Source: an uncultured Candidatus Rokubacteria bacterium
GTDB lineage: Bacteria > Methylomirabilota > Methylomirabilia > Rokubacteriales > DASRDR01
Direction: 5' to 3'
Assembly (NCBI GenBank): GCA_963805625.1
Contig: CAWDVE010000018.1
Coordinates: forward strand, 80,548 to 144,547
Length of the DNA: 64,000 nt
The notes below the pieces were generated by a model. It ran no database searches and was not told the DNA's origin. It saw nothing but the letters and a program-made list of their open reading frames with translations. Shown piece by piece: positions 9,617 to 18,534 of the stretch (positions are counted from its first letter, which is position 1; each line of letters opens with the position of its first letter). The translations under genes and the position numbers were made by a program.

Positions 9617-11263
9617 GTGACAAACCCCGTGGTGGATTCCAAATCCGTGACCGGAAAGACCCCCGCGCCCGAGCGGCACGTGCCGCTCATCGTGGTCGGT
9701 GGCGGCCCGGCGGGCGTCGCGGCGGCGACGGCAGCGGCCCGGGCCGGGGTGCGCGTGCTACTCCTCGACGAGCATCCGCTCGATCCCGAGCTGATGGCGA
9801 TGGACGTGCCGCTCTACTTCGGCCAGCGCATGAGTGCCGCCGTCCGGGACCGGGGCGTCATGCTCGAGCGCGTCGTCCGCGCGAACCCCGCGCTCGAGGA
9901 GGCCGTCGAGGCCGGAGTCGAGGTGGAGCTGGGCGTTTCGGTGTGGGGCGCGTTCCGGCCGGGGCCCACCATGCGCGAGATCGGCGGCGCCTGCGTCGGC
10001 GTGGCGGACCAGTCGCGCTCGTGGCTCGTCGGGTACGACCGGCTGGTCGTGGCGGCGGGGGCGCGGGACCTCGGGCTCGCGTTCCGGGGCTGGGAGAAGG
10101 CCGGCACCATGGGGGCCGCCGGCGCCCTTGCGCTCCTCACCCGGTACCAGGCGTTCGCCGCCCGCCGCATGGTCGTGCTGGGCTCGGGGCCGCTCGGCCT
10201 GGCCGTGGCGACCCTCGCGCGAGCGCGCGGTATCGAGGTGCCCGCGGTCGTAGAGGTGAGCCCGGCGCTCCGCGGGGATCCGAGCGTGCGGGACCGGCTC
10301 GAGCGAGAGGGCGTGGGCTTCTACCCGGGCCACGTCGTCGCCGAGGCACTGGGGAGCCGCGACGAGATCGAGGGGGTCCGTCTCGCCGCGCTCGACGGCG
10401 ATCTCCGGTTGATCCCGGGACGCGAGACCGACATCGTGTGCGATACGGTGTGCCTCGCCATCGGGCTCGTGCCCCAGGTCGAGCTCCTCCAGATCCTGGG
10501 CTGCCGGCTCGTGTTCCGCTCCGAGCGCGGAGGGTTCGTCCCCGAGATCGACGTCGAGCAGCGCACGAGCCTGCCCGAGGTCTTCGCCGCCGGTGACGGC
10601 GCGGGCGTCGACGAAAGCGCCGTGACGTCGCCTGACCGGGCCGTGGCCGAGGGCCGCCGCGCGGGTCTCGCCGCGGCGGCCTCGCTCGGGGCCATCCCCC
10701 CCGAGCGGGCGCAGGCCCTCCTGCGCGAGACGCAGGGGCCCGCCGAGACGGCCGCGCCGCGCGTGCACGACTACTGGCGGCAGTGGCTCCGCGCCACGCT
10801 CGCGGCCGGCGGAGGGGACATCCTCGCGTGCCAGTGCGAGGAGGTCACACGGGGCGAGCTGGTCGGCGTCCAGCCCCCCCGCTATCTCGGCCCGCCGTCG
10901 GCGCCGATGCGCGCCCGGAGCGTCGGCACCCTGAGCCAGGACGGGCCGCTCCACCCCGATCAGGTCAAGCGCCTGACGCGCGCCGGCATGGGCCCGTGTC
11001 AGGGCCGCCGCTGCCGGGAGCAGGTGGCGCTCCTGCTCGCGGAGGCGGGCGACGTGCCGGTCGATACCATCCCGCTCGCGAGCTACCGGCCGCCCGTCCG
11101 GCCACTCCCGCTCTCCGTCCTGTGGCCCCACGACGAGCCGGTGTCGATGCGCGAGCACTGGGTGAGCTGGTTCGGGATCCCGACCCAGTTCGCGCCGCAC
11201 TGGGCGGGCGATCCGGACATGACGGTCATGCTCGACGTGCCGGGCGGGATGCCGGTCGAATGA
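9617..11263 (+). CDS. FAD/NAD(P)-dependent oxidoreductase with C-terminal BFD-like [2Fe-2S] domain (HcnB/OoxA/LhpF-like)
   Basis: GGGPAG, VAAGA, FAAGD, CQCEEV...RAGMGPCQGRRC, RPPVRP. Confidence 0.85.
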   Translation: MTNPVVDSKSVTGKTPAPERHVPLIVVGGGPAGVAAATAAARAGVRVLLLDEHPLDPELMAMDVPLYFGQRMSAAVRDRGVMLERVVRANPALEEAVEAGVEVELGVSVWGAFRPGPTMREIGGACVGVADQSRSWLVGYDRLVVAAGARDLGLAFRGWEKAGTMGAAGALALLTRYQAFAARRMVVLGSGPLGLAVATLARARGIEVPAVVEVSPALRGDPSVRDRLEREGVGFYPGHVVAEALGSRDEIEGVRLAALDGDLRLIPGRETDIVCDTVCLAIGLVPQVELLQILGCRLVFRSERGGFVPEIDVEQRTSLPEVFAAGDGAGVDESAVTSPDRAVAEGRRAGLAAAASLGAIPPERAQALLRETQGPAETAAPRVHDYWRQWLRATLAAGGGDILACQCEEVTRGELVGVQPPRYLGPPSAPMRARSVGTLSQDGPLHPDQVKRLTRAGMGPCQGRRCREQVALLLAEAGDVPVDTIPLASYRPPVRPLPLSVLWPHDEPVSMREHWVSWFGIPTQFAPHWAGDPDMTVMLDVPGGMPVE

Positions 11264-11294
11264 TGAGGCGGCGCGGGCCCGGAGGAAGCGACTC

Positions 11295-12467
11295 GTGACG
11301 GAGCCGCGCGGGGCCAGCGTCGTGGTCGTCGGCGGCGGCGTCACCGGGCTCAGCGCCGCCTGGTGGCTCGCCCGCGCGGGCGTCGACGTCCTGGTGCTCG
11401 AGGCGGGCATCGTCGGGTGGGAGGCGTCAGGACGGAACGGCGGCGGCGCGACCCACGTCTACAGCCCCCTCGGCCTCGAGGAGCAGCGGCTCTGGCCCCA
11501 AATGGACACGCTGCTCGGGTATCCCACCGAGCACGCGCCGCACCGGATCAAGGTGGCGCTGACGGAAGATCAGCTCGCGCTCTACCGGACGAACGCCGGG
11601 ATCGCCGCCCAGCAGGGGTTCCGGACCGAGCCGCTCGACGTCAAGGAGCTCCGAGAGCTCGTTCCGATCGTCGGGGACAACGCGATCGGCGGCTTTTACC
11701 TCCACTTCGGCGGCCACGCGAACCCGCAGCGCACCGTCCAGGCCTACGCGTGGGCGCTTCAGGACCTCGGTGGTCGGATCCGCCAGCACACGCCCGTCAC
11801 GGGGTTCCGCACCGCCGGGGGGCGCGTCACCGCCGTCGAGACCGCCGCCGGCCCGGTCGGCGCCGAGACGGTCGTCCTCGCGGCTGGGCCGCAGACGGAG
11901 CGCCTCGCCGCCCGGCTCGGCGTCCGGGTCCCGCTCGCGCCGTCGCGTGTCGAGATGATCTGTACCGAGCCCCTGCCGCTCATGAAGGTCGGCGGGGTCG
12001 ACGGCAACGGCCTCTACGGCCGCCAGACGCGGCGGGGCAACCTGGTCTACGGCGGCGGCCCGCACGAATGGCTGGACGGTGCCGGGCTCGCGGCGGCGCC
12101 GGGGTCCCGGCCCACGACCCCGCTCCTCCGGAGCCTGGGCCGGCGCCTCGCCGAGCTCTTCCGTGGAGCCGCCCACGTGCGGCTCATCCGGAGCTGGGCC
12201 GGAATCGTGGAGAACACTCCTGACGGGCTCCCGATCCTTGATCGGCTGGCCGACCCTGCCAACGTGGTGCTCGCCACGATGTCGAGCGTCGGCTTCGGGC
12301 TGTCCCCGGCCTCCGGGAAGGCGATCAGCGAGCTCGCGCTCCACGGCGAGTGCCGCTTCGCCAATCTCACCGCCCTCCGGCTGGCGCGTTTCGCCCATAC
12401 GCCGCCCGACTGGCGCGCTCAGCTCGGCTGGCTCCCCTCGGGATCGGAAGTCGGGGTCAGACTTTGA
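11295..12467 (+). CDS. FAD-dependent D-amino acid oxidase family protein (HcnC/OoxB-like)
   Basis: VVGGGVTG, ASGRNGG, RSWAG..TPDGLP. Confidence 0.85.
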   Translation: MTEPRGASVVVVGGGVTGLSAAWWLARAGVDVLVLEAGIVGWEASGRNGGGATHVYSPLGLEEQRLWPQMDTLLGYPTEHAPHRIKVALTEDQLALYRTNAGIAAQQGFRTEPLDVKELRELVPIVGDNAIGGFYLHFGGHANPQRTVQAYAWALQDLGGRIRQHTPVTGFRTAGGRVTAVETAAGPVGAETVVLAAGPQTERLAARLGVRVPLAPSRVEMICTEPLPLMKVGGVDGNGLYGRQTRRGNLVYGGGPHEWLDGAGLAAAPGSRPTTPLLRSLGRRLAELFRGAAHVRLIRSWAGIVENTPDGLPILDRLADPANVVLATMSSVGFGLSPASGKAISELALHGECRFANLTALRLARFAHTPPDWRAQLGWLPSGSEVGVRL

Positions 12468-12550
12468 CTTCCCGACAATTCTGGCGCCCGCCAGGACCAG
12501 ACCACGACCGGCTGGGCGGTGCCGGCAAGCCCGGAAGTCAAAGTCTGACC
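12453..12550. repeat. REP/MITE-like palindromic element with 20-bp inverted arms, interrupted by the IS
   Basis: Left arm GGGGTCAGACTTTGACTTCC at 12453-12472; right arm GGAAGTCAAAGTCTGACC at 12533-12550, completed by CC at 13907-13908 once the IS is removed. Confidence 0.75.
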
Positions 12551-13899
12551 GGCCAGGTGCCACACCATCTCGGTCGGTTAGGTGCCAGCGCATCTCGGTC
12601 ACGGTGATACTGGAGTAAAGCCTGTGAGCGAGGGGGAGCCATGGCGAAAAGGGGCGGCGACGAGAGGCGACGCGGCGAACGCTGGTGGCGAAGGTCCGGG
12701 CCGGGGCCTCTATGCGGGCGGTGGCGCGCGCCCATGGAGTGAGCCTGTCCACGGTGCAGTGGTGGCACCGCCGGGCCGGGGCGCAGGCCCTGGACGACGT
12801 GGACTGGAGCGATCAGCCACGGGTGGCCAAGCGCATCCACCGGATCCCCGAGGCGGTGGAGCAGCTGGTGATGACCTTGCGGCACGACCTGAGGACGACC
12901 AGCGATCTGGGCGAGTATGGCGCCCGGGCCATCCACCGCGCCTTCGCGGCGCGTCGGCCGGCGACGGCCGTGCCGTCCGTGCGCACCATCGGCCGGATTC
13001 TGTACCGCCGGGGGGTCCTGGATCGTGTTCGCCGGCTGCGTCGGCCCCCGCCCCGCCCCGGCTGGTACCTCCCGGGCACCCCGGGACGGGGGGAGCTCGA
13101 CAGCTTCGACATTGTAGAGGGCTTGGCGCTCACCGGGGGGCTGCAGCTGGAGGTCCTGACCGTCGTGTCCTTGTATGGGGGATTGCCCGGGGCCTGGCCG
13201 CAGCCGCTCGTGACGGCGAGCACCGCGGTGGCGGCGCTCGTCGCGCACTGGCGCACATGGGGCCTGCCGGCATACGCCCAATTTGACAATGACAGCATCT
13301 TCACCGGGACGCACCGCTGGCCCGATGCGCTGGGTCGCGTCGTCCGCACGTGCCTGCGCCTGGGCGTCCGCCCGGTCTTCGCCCCACCCCAGGAAAGTGG
13401 CTTCCAAGCCGCCATCGAGAACTTCAACGGCCGCTGGCAGGCCAAGGTCTGGACCCGATTCCATCACGAATCGCTGGCCGCCCTGCAGGAGCGCTCCGAC
13501 CGGTACATCCGCGCCTACCATCAGCGGGCGGCCGCGCGGATCGAGGCCGCCCCGCCGCGCCGCCCGTTCCCCGTCGCCTGGCAGGCCGATCTGCAAGCCC
13601 GCCTGCAGGGTGAGGTCTTGTTCCTGCGACGCACTTCGGACGCGGGGACGGTGCGCCTGCTCAATCGCACCCTGGAGGTCGCGCCCCATTGGCCCCACCG
13701 CCTGGTGCGATGCGAGCTGGATCTCACCGCCGGGATGCTCCGCTTCTACGCCCTGCGGCGTCGAGCGCCGGATCAGCAGCCTCTCTTGCGTGAGGCGCCC
13801 TATGTCTTTCCCCACAAGCCCTTCCACGAGTGACCGAGATGCGGTGGCACCTTCCCTCGAGTCGTCTCTTCTCCGACCGAGATGGTGTGGCACCTGGCC
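12551..13899 (+). mobile_element. Insertion sequence, 1349 bp, DDE transposase (IS481/ISNCY-like integrase core)
   Basis: Perfect 27-bp terminal IRs (12551-12577 / 13873-13899); second inner IR pair (12580-12602 / 13830-13852, 1 mismatch); 7-bp direct repeat TCTGACC at 12544-12550 and 13900-13906. Confidence 0.92.
12685..13833 (+). CDS. DDE transposase (HTH + rve-like core)
   Basis: HTH SMRAVARAHGVSLSTVQWW, PSVRTIGRIL, catalytic D (SFD), D (QFDND), E (IENFNG); SD-preceded ATG at 12641 is out of frame. Confidence 0.85.
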   Translation: MAKVRAGASMRAVARAHGVSLSTVQWWHRRAGAQALDDVDWSDQPRVAKRIHRIPEAVEQLVMTLRHDLRTTSDLGEYGARAIHRAFAARRPATAVPSVRTIGRILYRRGVLDRVRRLRRPPPRPGWYLPGTPGRGELDSFDIVEGLALTGGLQLEVLTVVSLYGGLPGAWPQPLVTASTAVAALVAHWRTWGLPAYAQFDNDSIFTGTHRWPDALGRVVRTCLRLGVRPVFAPPQESGFQAAIENFNGRWQAKVWTRFHHESLAALQERSDRYIRAYHQRAAARIEAAPPRRPFPVAWQADLQARLQGEVLFLRRTSDAGTVRLLNRTLEVAPHWPHRLVRCELDLTAGMLRFYALRRRAPDQQPLLREAPYVFPHKPFHE

Positions 13900-13908
13900 T
13901 CTGACCCC

Positions 13909-15018
13909 ATGAAAGCCGCGGTTTGCCGGGAGCTGGGTCAGCCCCTGGTCGTCGAGGACGTCATTCTCGACTCGCCCAAGGCCGGCGAGGTCCGCGTGCG
14001 GATCGGAGCGGTCGCGATCTGTCACAGTGACGTGCATCTGATCCGCGGGGACTGGGCCGGCTGGAGCAGCACACCGCCGCCCGTGGTGGCCGGGCACGAA
14101 GCCGCGGGAGTCGTCAGCGAGGTCGGCCCGGGGGTCACGCGAGTGCACCCGGGCGACCGCGTCGTCGTCTCGCTCCTCCGAACGTGCGGCGGCTGCGTCC
14201 CCTGCCTCACCGGTGCGGCGTACCTCTGCGAGGGGCAGTTCGCGCTCATCACGGAGCATCGGCTCCACAGCCGCACCGGCCAGCCGATCAACGCGGGTAT
14301 CCGCGTCGCCGGGTTCGCAGAGTCGGTGGTGGTGGACCAGTCGCAGCTGGTCGTCGTCCCGGCCGACCTCGGGCTCGACCGGGCGTGCCTCCTGGCCTGC
14401 GGCGTCATCACGGGCGTCGGGGCCGTCCTCAACACCGCGCAGCTCACGCCGGGCAGCAGCGCCGTGATCATCGGCGCGGGCGGCGTCGGCGTCAACGCGA
14501 TCCAGGGCGCGGCGCTCGCGGGGGCGACGCCCATCGTCGCCGTCGACGTCGTCGCACGAAAGCTGCCGACCGCGCGGAGCTTCGGCGCCACGCACGCCGT
14601 GGACGGGCGGCAGGGCGACGTGCGCGGGCTGGTGCGAGAGCTGACCGCCGGCCGGGGCGCCGACTACGTGTTCGTGACCGTGGGCAGCCCGGCGGCCGTG
14701 ACCCAGGCGCTCACCCTCGCCCGACGGGGGGGAACCGTGGTACTGGTGGGAATGCCGGCGGCCGGGGCCACCGCGCCGATCCCCATCGGGGACTTCGCCG
14801 GCAACGGGCTCAGGCTCCTCGGGAGCAATATGGGCTCGACCCGGCTCGGCGTGGACGTCCCTCGCCTCGTCGCGCGCTACCGGGAAGGCCGCCTGAACCT
14901 GGACGAGCTCATCACGGCCCGCTATCCGCTCGATCGGATCAACGAGGCGATCGTGGCGATGGAGGGCGGCGAGGCGCTCCGGAACGTCATCGTGTTCCCG
15001 GCTGCCGACGCGCCATGA
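13909..15018 (+). CDS. Zn-dependent alcohol dehydrogenase (class III-like MDR)
   Basis: CHSD, GHE, CGGCVPC..C, LACG, GAGGVG. Confidence 0.9.
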   Translation: MKAAVCRELGQPLVVEDVILDSPKAGEVRVRIGAVAICHSDVHLIRGDWAGWSSTPPPVVAGHEAAGVVSEVGPGVTRVHPGDRVVVSLLRTCGGCVPCLTGAAYLCEGQFALITEHRLHSRTGQPINAGIRVAGFAESVVVDQSQLVVVPADLGLDRACLLACGVITGVGAVLNTAQLTPGSSAVIIGAGGVGVNAIQGAALAGATPIVAVDVVARKLPTARSFGATHAVDGRQGDVRGLVRELTAGRGADYVFVTVGSPAAVTQALTLARRGGTVVLVGMPAAGATAPIPIGDFAGNGLRLLGSNMGSTRLGVDVPRLVARYREGRLNLDELITARYPLDRINEAIVAMEGGEALRNVIVFPAADAP

Positions 15019-15149
15019 ACCCCGCCCCGGATGCCGGCGGCCGCCTGACGCGCACCCTGCCCGGGCGCTTCTACCACGATCCCGCGGCGAGCCCGGCAGT
15101 GGCGGGGGTCCGGGCACGGGCGCCTCAGGCGCCCGCGGGACGCCGGTAA
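15015..15149 (+). pseudogene. 5' stub of a second Rieske oxygenase alpha subunit
   Basis: ATGA-coupled to the ADH stop; LTRTLPGRFYHDP matches LEPSIPARYYYDP of the 2699-3916 protein, then similarity ends. Confidence 0.6.
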
Positions 15150-16234
15150 GTCAGCCCGTACGCGAGGTTCTCCTGGCGGAGCCGCTTGTCGGTGCCGAAG
15201 AGGATGTGCTTCGACATGTCGGGCGAGTAGCGGCTCGCTGGGGGCCGCCGCCCGAGGGCCTCGGCGAGGCTCCGGACGTGGTGCGGCCCGGCGCCGCAGC
15301 AGACGCCGAGGTAGCGGACCCCGAGGTCGTAGGCCTCTTTGCCGAACTCGGCGATCTCGTAACGGTTGCAGACGAAGGGATCGAGCGCCGCCGGAAAGGG
15401 CCGGTTCTCGGGGATCACCTTGCAGTGGGGATCGTTCAGAGACTGGAAGGTCGGCTCGGCCGGGGTCGTGCGGTACGGCACCGGGAGGGCCGCTACGTGG
15501 CAGCGCACCGCGCTCCGGATCTCCCGGAGCAAGGGCATCATGGTGTCGGGACCACGCGAGCAGTTGAGGCCGACCACGTCCGCGCCGGCCGCATCGAGCC
15601 GCCGGGCGAGCTCCGCAACGCTCCCGCCCTCGCGCGTCATGCCCTCGCGGGGGATCGCCAGGGTGATCACGGCCGGCTTCCCCGACCGCTTGATCGCCTC
15701 GAGAGCCAGCAGCGCCTCGCCGCCCCAGCTGTAGGTCTCGCCGACGATGAAGTCGACCCCCGCGTCCACCGCCCAGCCGATCTGCTCGTCGAAGATCCGG
15801 CGCGCCTGCTGGTGCGACTTCGTGTCATCGGGCCCGTAGATGCTCGTGTTGCAGATGTTCCCCGCGAGCAGGGTGCCCGTCTCGCGCGCGACCTTCTTGG
15901 CGAGGCGAAGCGCCGTGCGGTTGATCCGCTCGAGTTCCTTCTCCCGGCCGATGATCTTGAGCTTGGCGCGGTGGGCGTAGTAGGTGAACGCCTCGACGAC
16001 GTCCGAGCCCGCGTGGACGAAGTCCCGATGGAGACCTTCCACCAGGTCCGGGTGCTCGAGCACGACCACGGGGACGAAGGCGCCGGCCTGAAGATAGCCG
16101 CGCCGCTCGAACTCGAACAGGTAGCCCTCGGCGCAGATCACGGGACCCTTGGCGAGCCGCTCGAGCAGCCCCAGCCCCTGCCTGGGAGTCGCTTTCGTCG
16201 CCTTCTTCACCTTCTTGGCCGTCTTCGTCGCCAT
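15125..16234 (-). CDS. Homocysteine S-methyltransferase family, BHMT-like
   Basis: ERRGYLQAGAFVP, AGSDVVEAFTYY, GLNCS, GVCCG Zn ligands. Confidence 0.88.
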   Translation of the reverse strand: MATKTAKKVKKATKATPRQGLGLLERLAKGPVICAEGYLFEFERRGYLQAGAFVPVVVLEHPDLVEGLHRDFVHAGSDVVEAFTYYAHRAKLKIIGREKELERINRTALRLAKKVARETGTLLAGNICNTSIYGPDDTKSHQQARRIFDEQIGWAVDAGVDFIVGETYSWGGEALLALEAIKRSGKPAVITLAIPREGMTREGGSVAELARRLDAAGADVVGLNCSRGPDTMMPLLREIRSAVRCHVAALPVPYRTTPAEPTFQSLNDPHCKVIPENRPFPAALDPFVCNRYEIAEFGKEAYDLGVRYLGVCCGAGPHHVRSLAEALGRRPPASRYSPDMSKHILFGTDKRLRQENLAYGLTYRRPAGA

Positions 16235-16268
16235 TTCGTTCTTCCTCTCTCGTCGAGCGAGTGCCGAG

Positions 16269-17450
16269 CTAGTGGGGTGGATCCGCCGCCGTCGCTCTTG
16301 GCAGCAAGGCATTGTCACGGAAGCGCGACCAGCGGAACGGCTCGAGGTCCCACCCGGGCGCGTGGCCGGCCAGGACCACCTGGGCCAGGATATCGCCGAC
16401 CGCCGGTGCGTGCTTGAAGCCATGGCCGCTCCAGCCGAAGTCAACGAAGAGCCCCGGGTGCTCGGGAACCGCGCCCAGCACCGGCTCATGATCGGGTGTG
16501 TTGTCGTACACCCCGGAGTAGCCACCCATCGAGAGCCCGTGCTCCATGGCCGGGAATCGCTGCGCGATCAGCTCCGCGTTCCGCAGGACTTCGGCCGGGT
16601 CGGCGCCCTCGTTGTAGTGGTCGGGATCGACGACCTCGTCGTAGGCGAAGAGCCCATGGATGGTGAGGTTTCCCGTCTCGGGGCGCATGTACGCGGCCTG
16701 GGGCCGGTCGAGAACCGCGGGATGGGGCCCGAAGTCCGGTGGCCGCCGGAAGAAGCACATCTGGTGGCGTGTCGGCGCCACCGGCACCTCGATGCCGAGC
16801 GGGCCCAGGAGCCGCCCGGCCCAGAGGCCGGCGCACACGACCACCGCGGGCGCGTGGATCTCGCCGGCCGCGGTCCGGACGCCGGTCACCCGGTCGCCCG
16901 CCGTCAGGATCGCCTCGACCGGCACGTACTGGACGACCGTGGCCCCCAGCTCGCGCGCTCGCGTGGCGAAAGCGTTCGTGGTCATCGCCGCGTCCGCGTA
17001 GCCGGACTCCGCCTCGTAGGCGCCGAGCGCCACGTCGTCGACGGCCATCGCCGGGACGAGCGCCTGCACCTCGGCGGGCCCCTGCGTCACGACGTTCGCG
17101 CCGAGCTCACGAGCCCGGCGGACGTTCGCGCACAGATTCTCGGCCCGGTCCGGGCCCACGAGCCAGAGGATCCCCACCTGACGAAACCCCGGGTCGCCGC
17201 CACCGATCCGCTCCGCCCAGTGCTGAAAGACGGTCGCCGACGTGTTCGCCGTGCGGGTGAGGAAGTCCATCGCGTAGAACCGGCGGACCAGGGCCGAGGA
17301 CCGTCCGGTCGGGCCCGAGGCGAGGAACTTCCGCTCGACGAGGACCACTCGGCGAGCGCCGCGGCGCGCCAAATGGTACGCGACGCTCGCGCCGTGGACG
17401 CCGCCACCGATGACGACGACGTCGGCCGCGCGCGGGACGTCGGAGGTCAC
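16269..17450 (-). CDS. FAD-dependent amine oxidoreductase (sarcosine oxidase beta/dimethylglycine dehydrogenase N-domain-like)
   Basis: IGGGVHG, GPTGRSS, YDNTPDHEPVLG, GWSGHGFKHAPAVG. Confidence 0.85.
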   Translation of the reverse strand: MTSDVPRAADVVVIGGGVHGASVAYHLARRGARRVVLVERKFLASGPTGRSSALVRRFYAMDFLTRTANTSATVFQHWAERIGGGDPGFRQVGILWLVGPDRAENLCANVRRARELGANVVTQGPAEVQALVPAMAVDDVALGAYEAESGYADAAMTTNAFATRARELGATVVQYVPVEAILTAGDRVTGVRTAAGEIHAPAVVVCAGLWAGRLLGPLGIEVPVAPTRHQMCFFRRPPDFGPHPAVLDRPQAAYMRPETGNLTIHGLFAYDEVVDPDHYNEGADPAEVLRNAELIAQRFPAMEHGLSMGGYSGVYDNTPDHEPVLGAVPEHPGLFVDFGWSGHGFKHAPAVGDILAQVVLAGHAPGWDLEPFRWSRFRDNALLPRATAADPPH

Positions 17451-17457
17451 GGAGTCG

Positions 17458-18492
17458 CTACCAGTTGCGGTCGCCGGTCGCGAAACGGGGAGCGTCGGCC
17501 GACTTGGGCTTCACACCTGCCATCTCCTCGAGGGTCCGGCTCTTCTGGATGCCTGGATGCCGGTCGAGGGCGGCGGACTTGGCGCTCGCAGGCGGGCGCC
17601 GCCCGAGCGCCTCGGCCATCGCGCGGACATGATGGGCGACCGAGCCGCAGCAGGAGCCGATGTAGTTGATCCCGAGCGCGTGCGCGCGGGTCGCGTAGGC
17701 GCCCATCTCGGCCCGGCTGAGCGTGAGGGAATCGAGGGCCAGCGGGAACTCGGGGAGCTGCGTGAAGTTCGGGAGGTCGTCCCGCGTCCGGAACCCGATC
17801 GGCTGGGCCGCCACGTAGCCGGACGTCGCCTGGCGCATCAGCTCGACGATCGGGAGCATCCGCTCCGGGTCGCGGCCGCAGTTCGCCCCGAGGATGTCCG
17901 CGCCCTCACCCGCCAGGATGCGCGTGGCTTCGACGAGGGGCACCCCCTCGGCGGTCTCGGTATCCCGCACCGTGAACGTGATCATCGCCGGGAAGCCAGC
18001 CGCCTTGATGGCATGGAGGCACTGGCGCGCCTCCTCGAGGAACGTGAACGTCTCGCCGATGAAGAAGTCGACGCCCTCCGCCGCCTGGACCGCGATCTGC
18101 TCGTCGAAGAGCCGGCGGACGACAGCGCGGGAGCCCGGGTCCTTCGGGTCGTACATCCACGTGAGGCACAGCGTGCCGGCGACCAGGGCCTGGTCCCCCG
18201 CGACCTCGTTGGCGATGCGGACGGCCGCCCGGTTGATCGCCTCGACTTGGTCGGCGTACCCGGCGGTCCCGAGCTTCTCCTTGCTCGCGTAGAAGGTGAG
18301 CGCCTGGAGCACGTCGGCGCCGGCCCGCAGGAACTCCCGGTGGAGCTGGCGCAACGCCTCGGGATGCTCGACGGCGACCTCGGGCGTGTACGGACCGGCC
18401 TGCACGTACCCGCGGTGCTCGAGCTCTAGGATGTAGCCGCCGTCGCCCAGGACGGGCCCCTCCCGCAGTCGCTCGAGGATGCCCTTCTTCAT
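17458..18492 (-). CDS. Betaine-homocysteine S-methyltransferase-like protein (animal BHMT-type)
   Basis: KKGILERL..G..GDGG...LE.RGYV.AGP.TPE.AVEHPEA.RQLHREFLRAG, LPEFP, GANCG, GSCCG; near-identical to mammalian BHMT motifs as recalled. Confidence 0.88.
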   Translation of the reverse strand: MKKGILERLREGPVLGDGGYILELEHRGYVQAGPYTPEVAVEHPEALRQLHREFLRAGADVLQALTFYASKEKLGTAGYADQVEAINRAAVRIANEVAGDQALVAGTLCLTWMYDPKDPGSRAVVRRLFDEQIAVQAAEGVDFFIGETFTFLEEARQCLHAIKAAGFPAMITFTVRDTETAEGVPLVEATRILAGEGADILGANCGRDPERMLPIVELMRQATSGYVAAQPIGFRTRDDLPNFTQLPEFPLALDSLTLSRAEMGAYATRAHALGINYIGSCCGSVAHHVRAMAEALGRRPPASAKSAALDRHPGIQKSRTLEEMAGVKPKSADAPRFATGDRNW

Positions 18493-18534
18493 CGGGCCCA
18501 CGGGGTACGCCGGGAGAAACGCCTCACGGTCGCG

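Noticed and set aside
12551-12602. Two tandem ~23-bp repeats resembling a mini CRISPR
   Set aside because: They mirror the right IS end as inverted repeats; there are no spacers or cas genes
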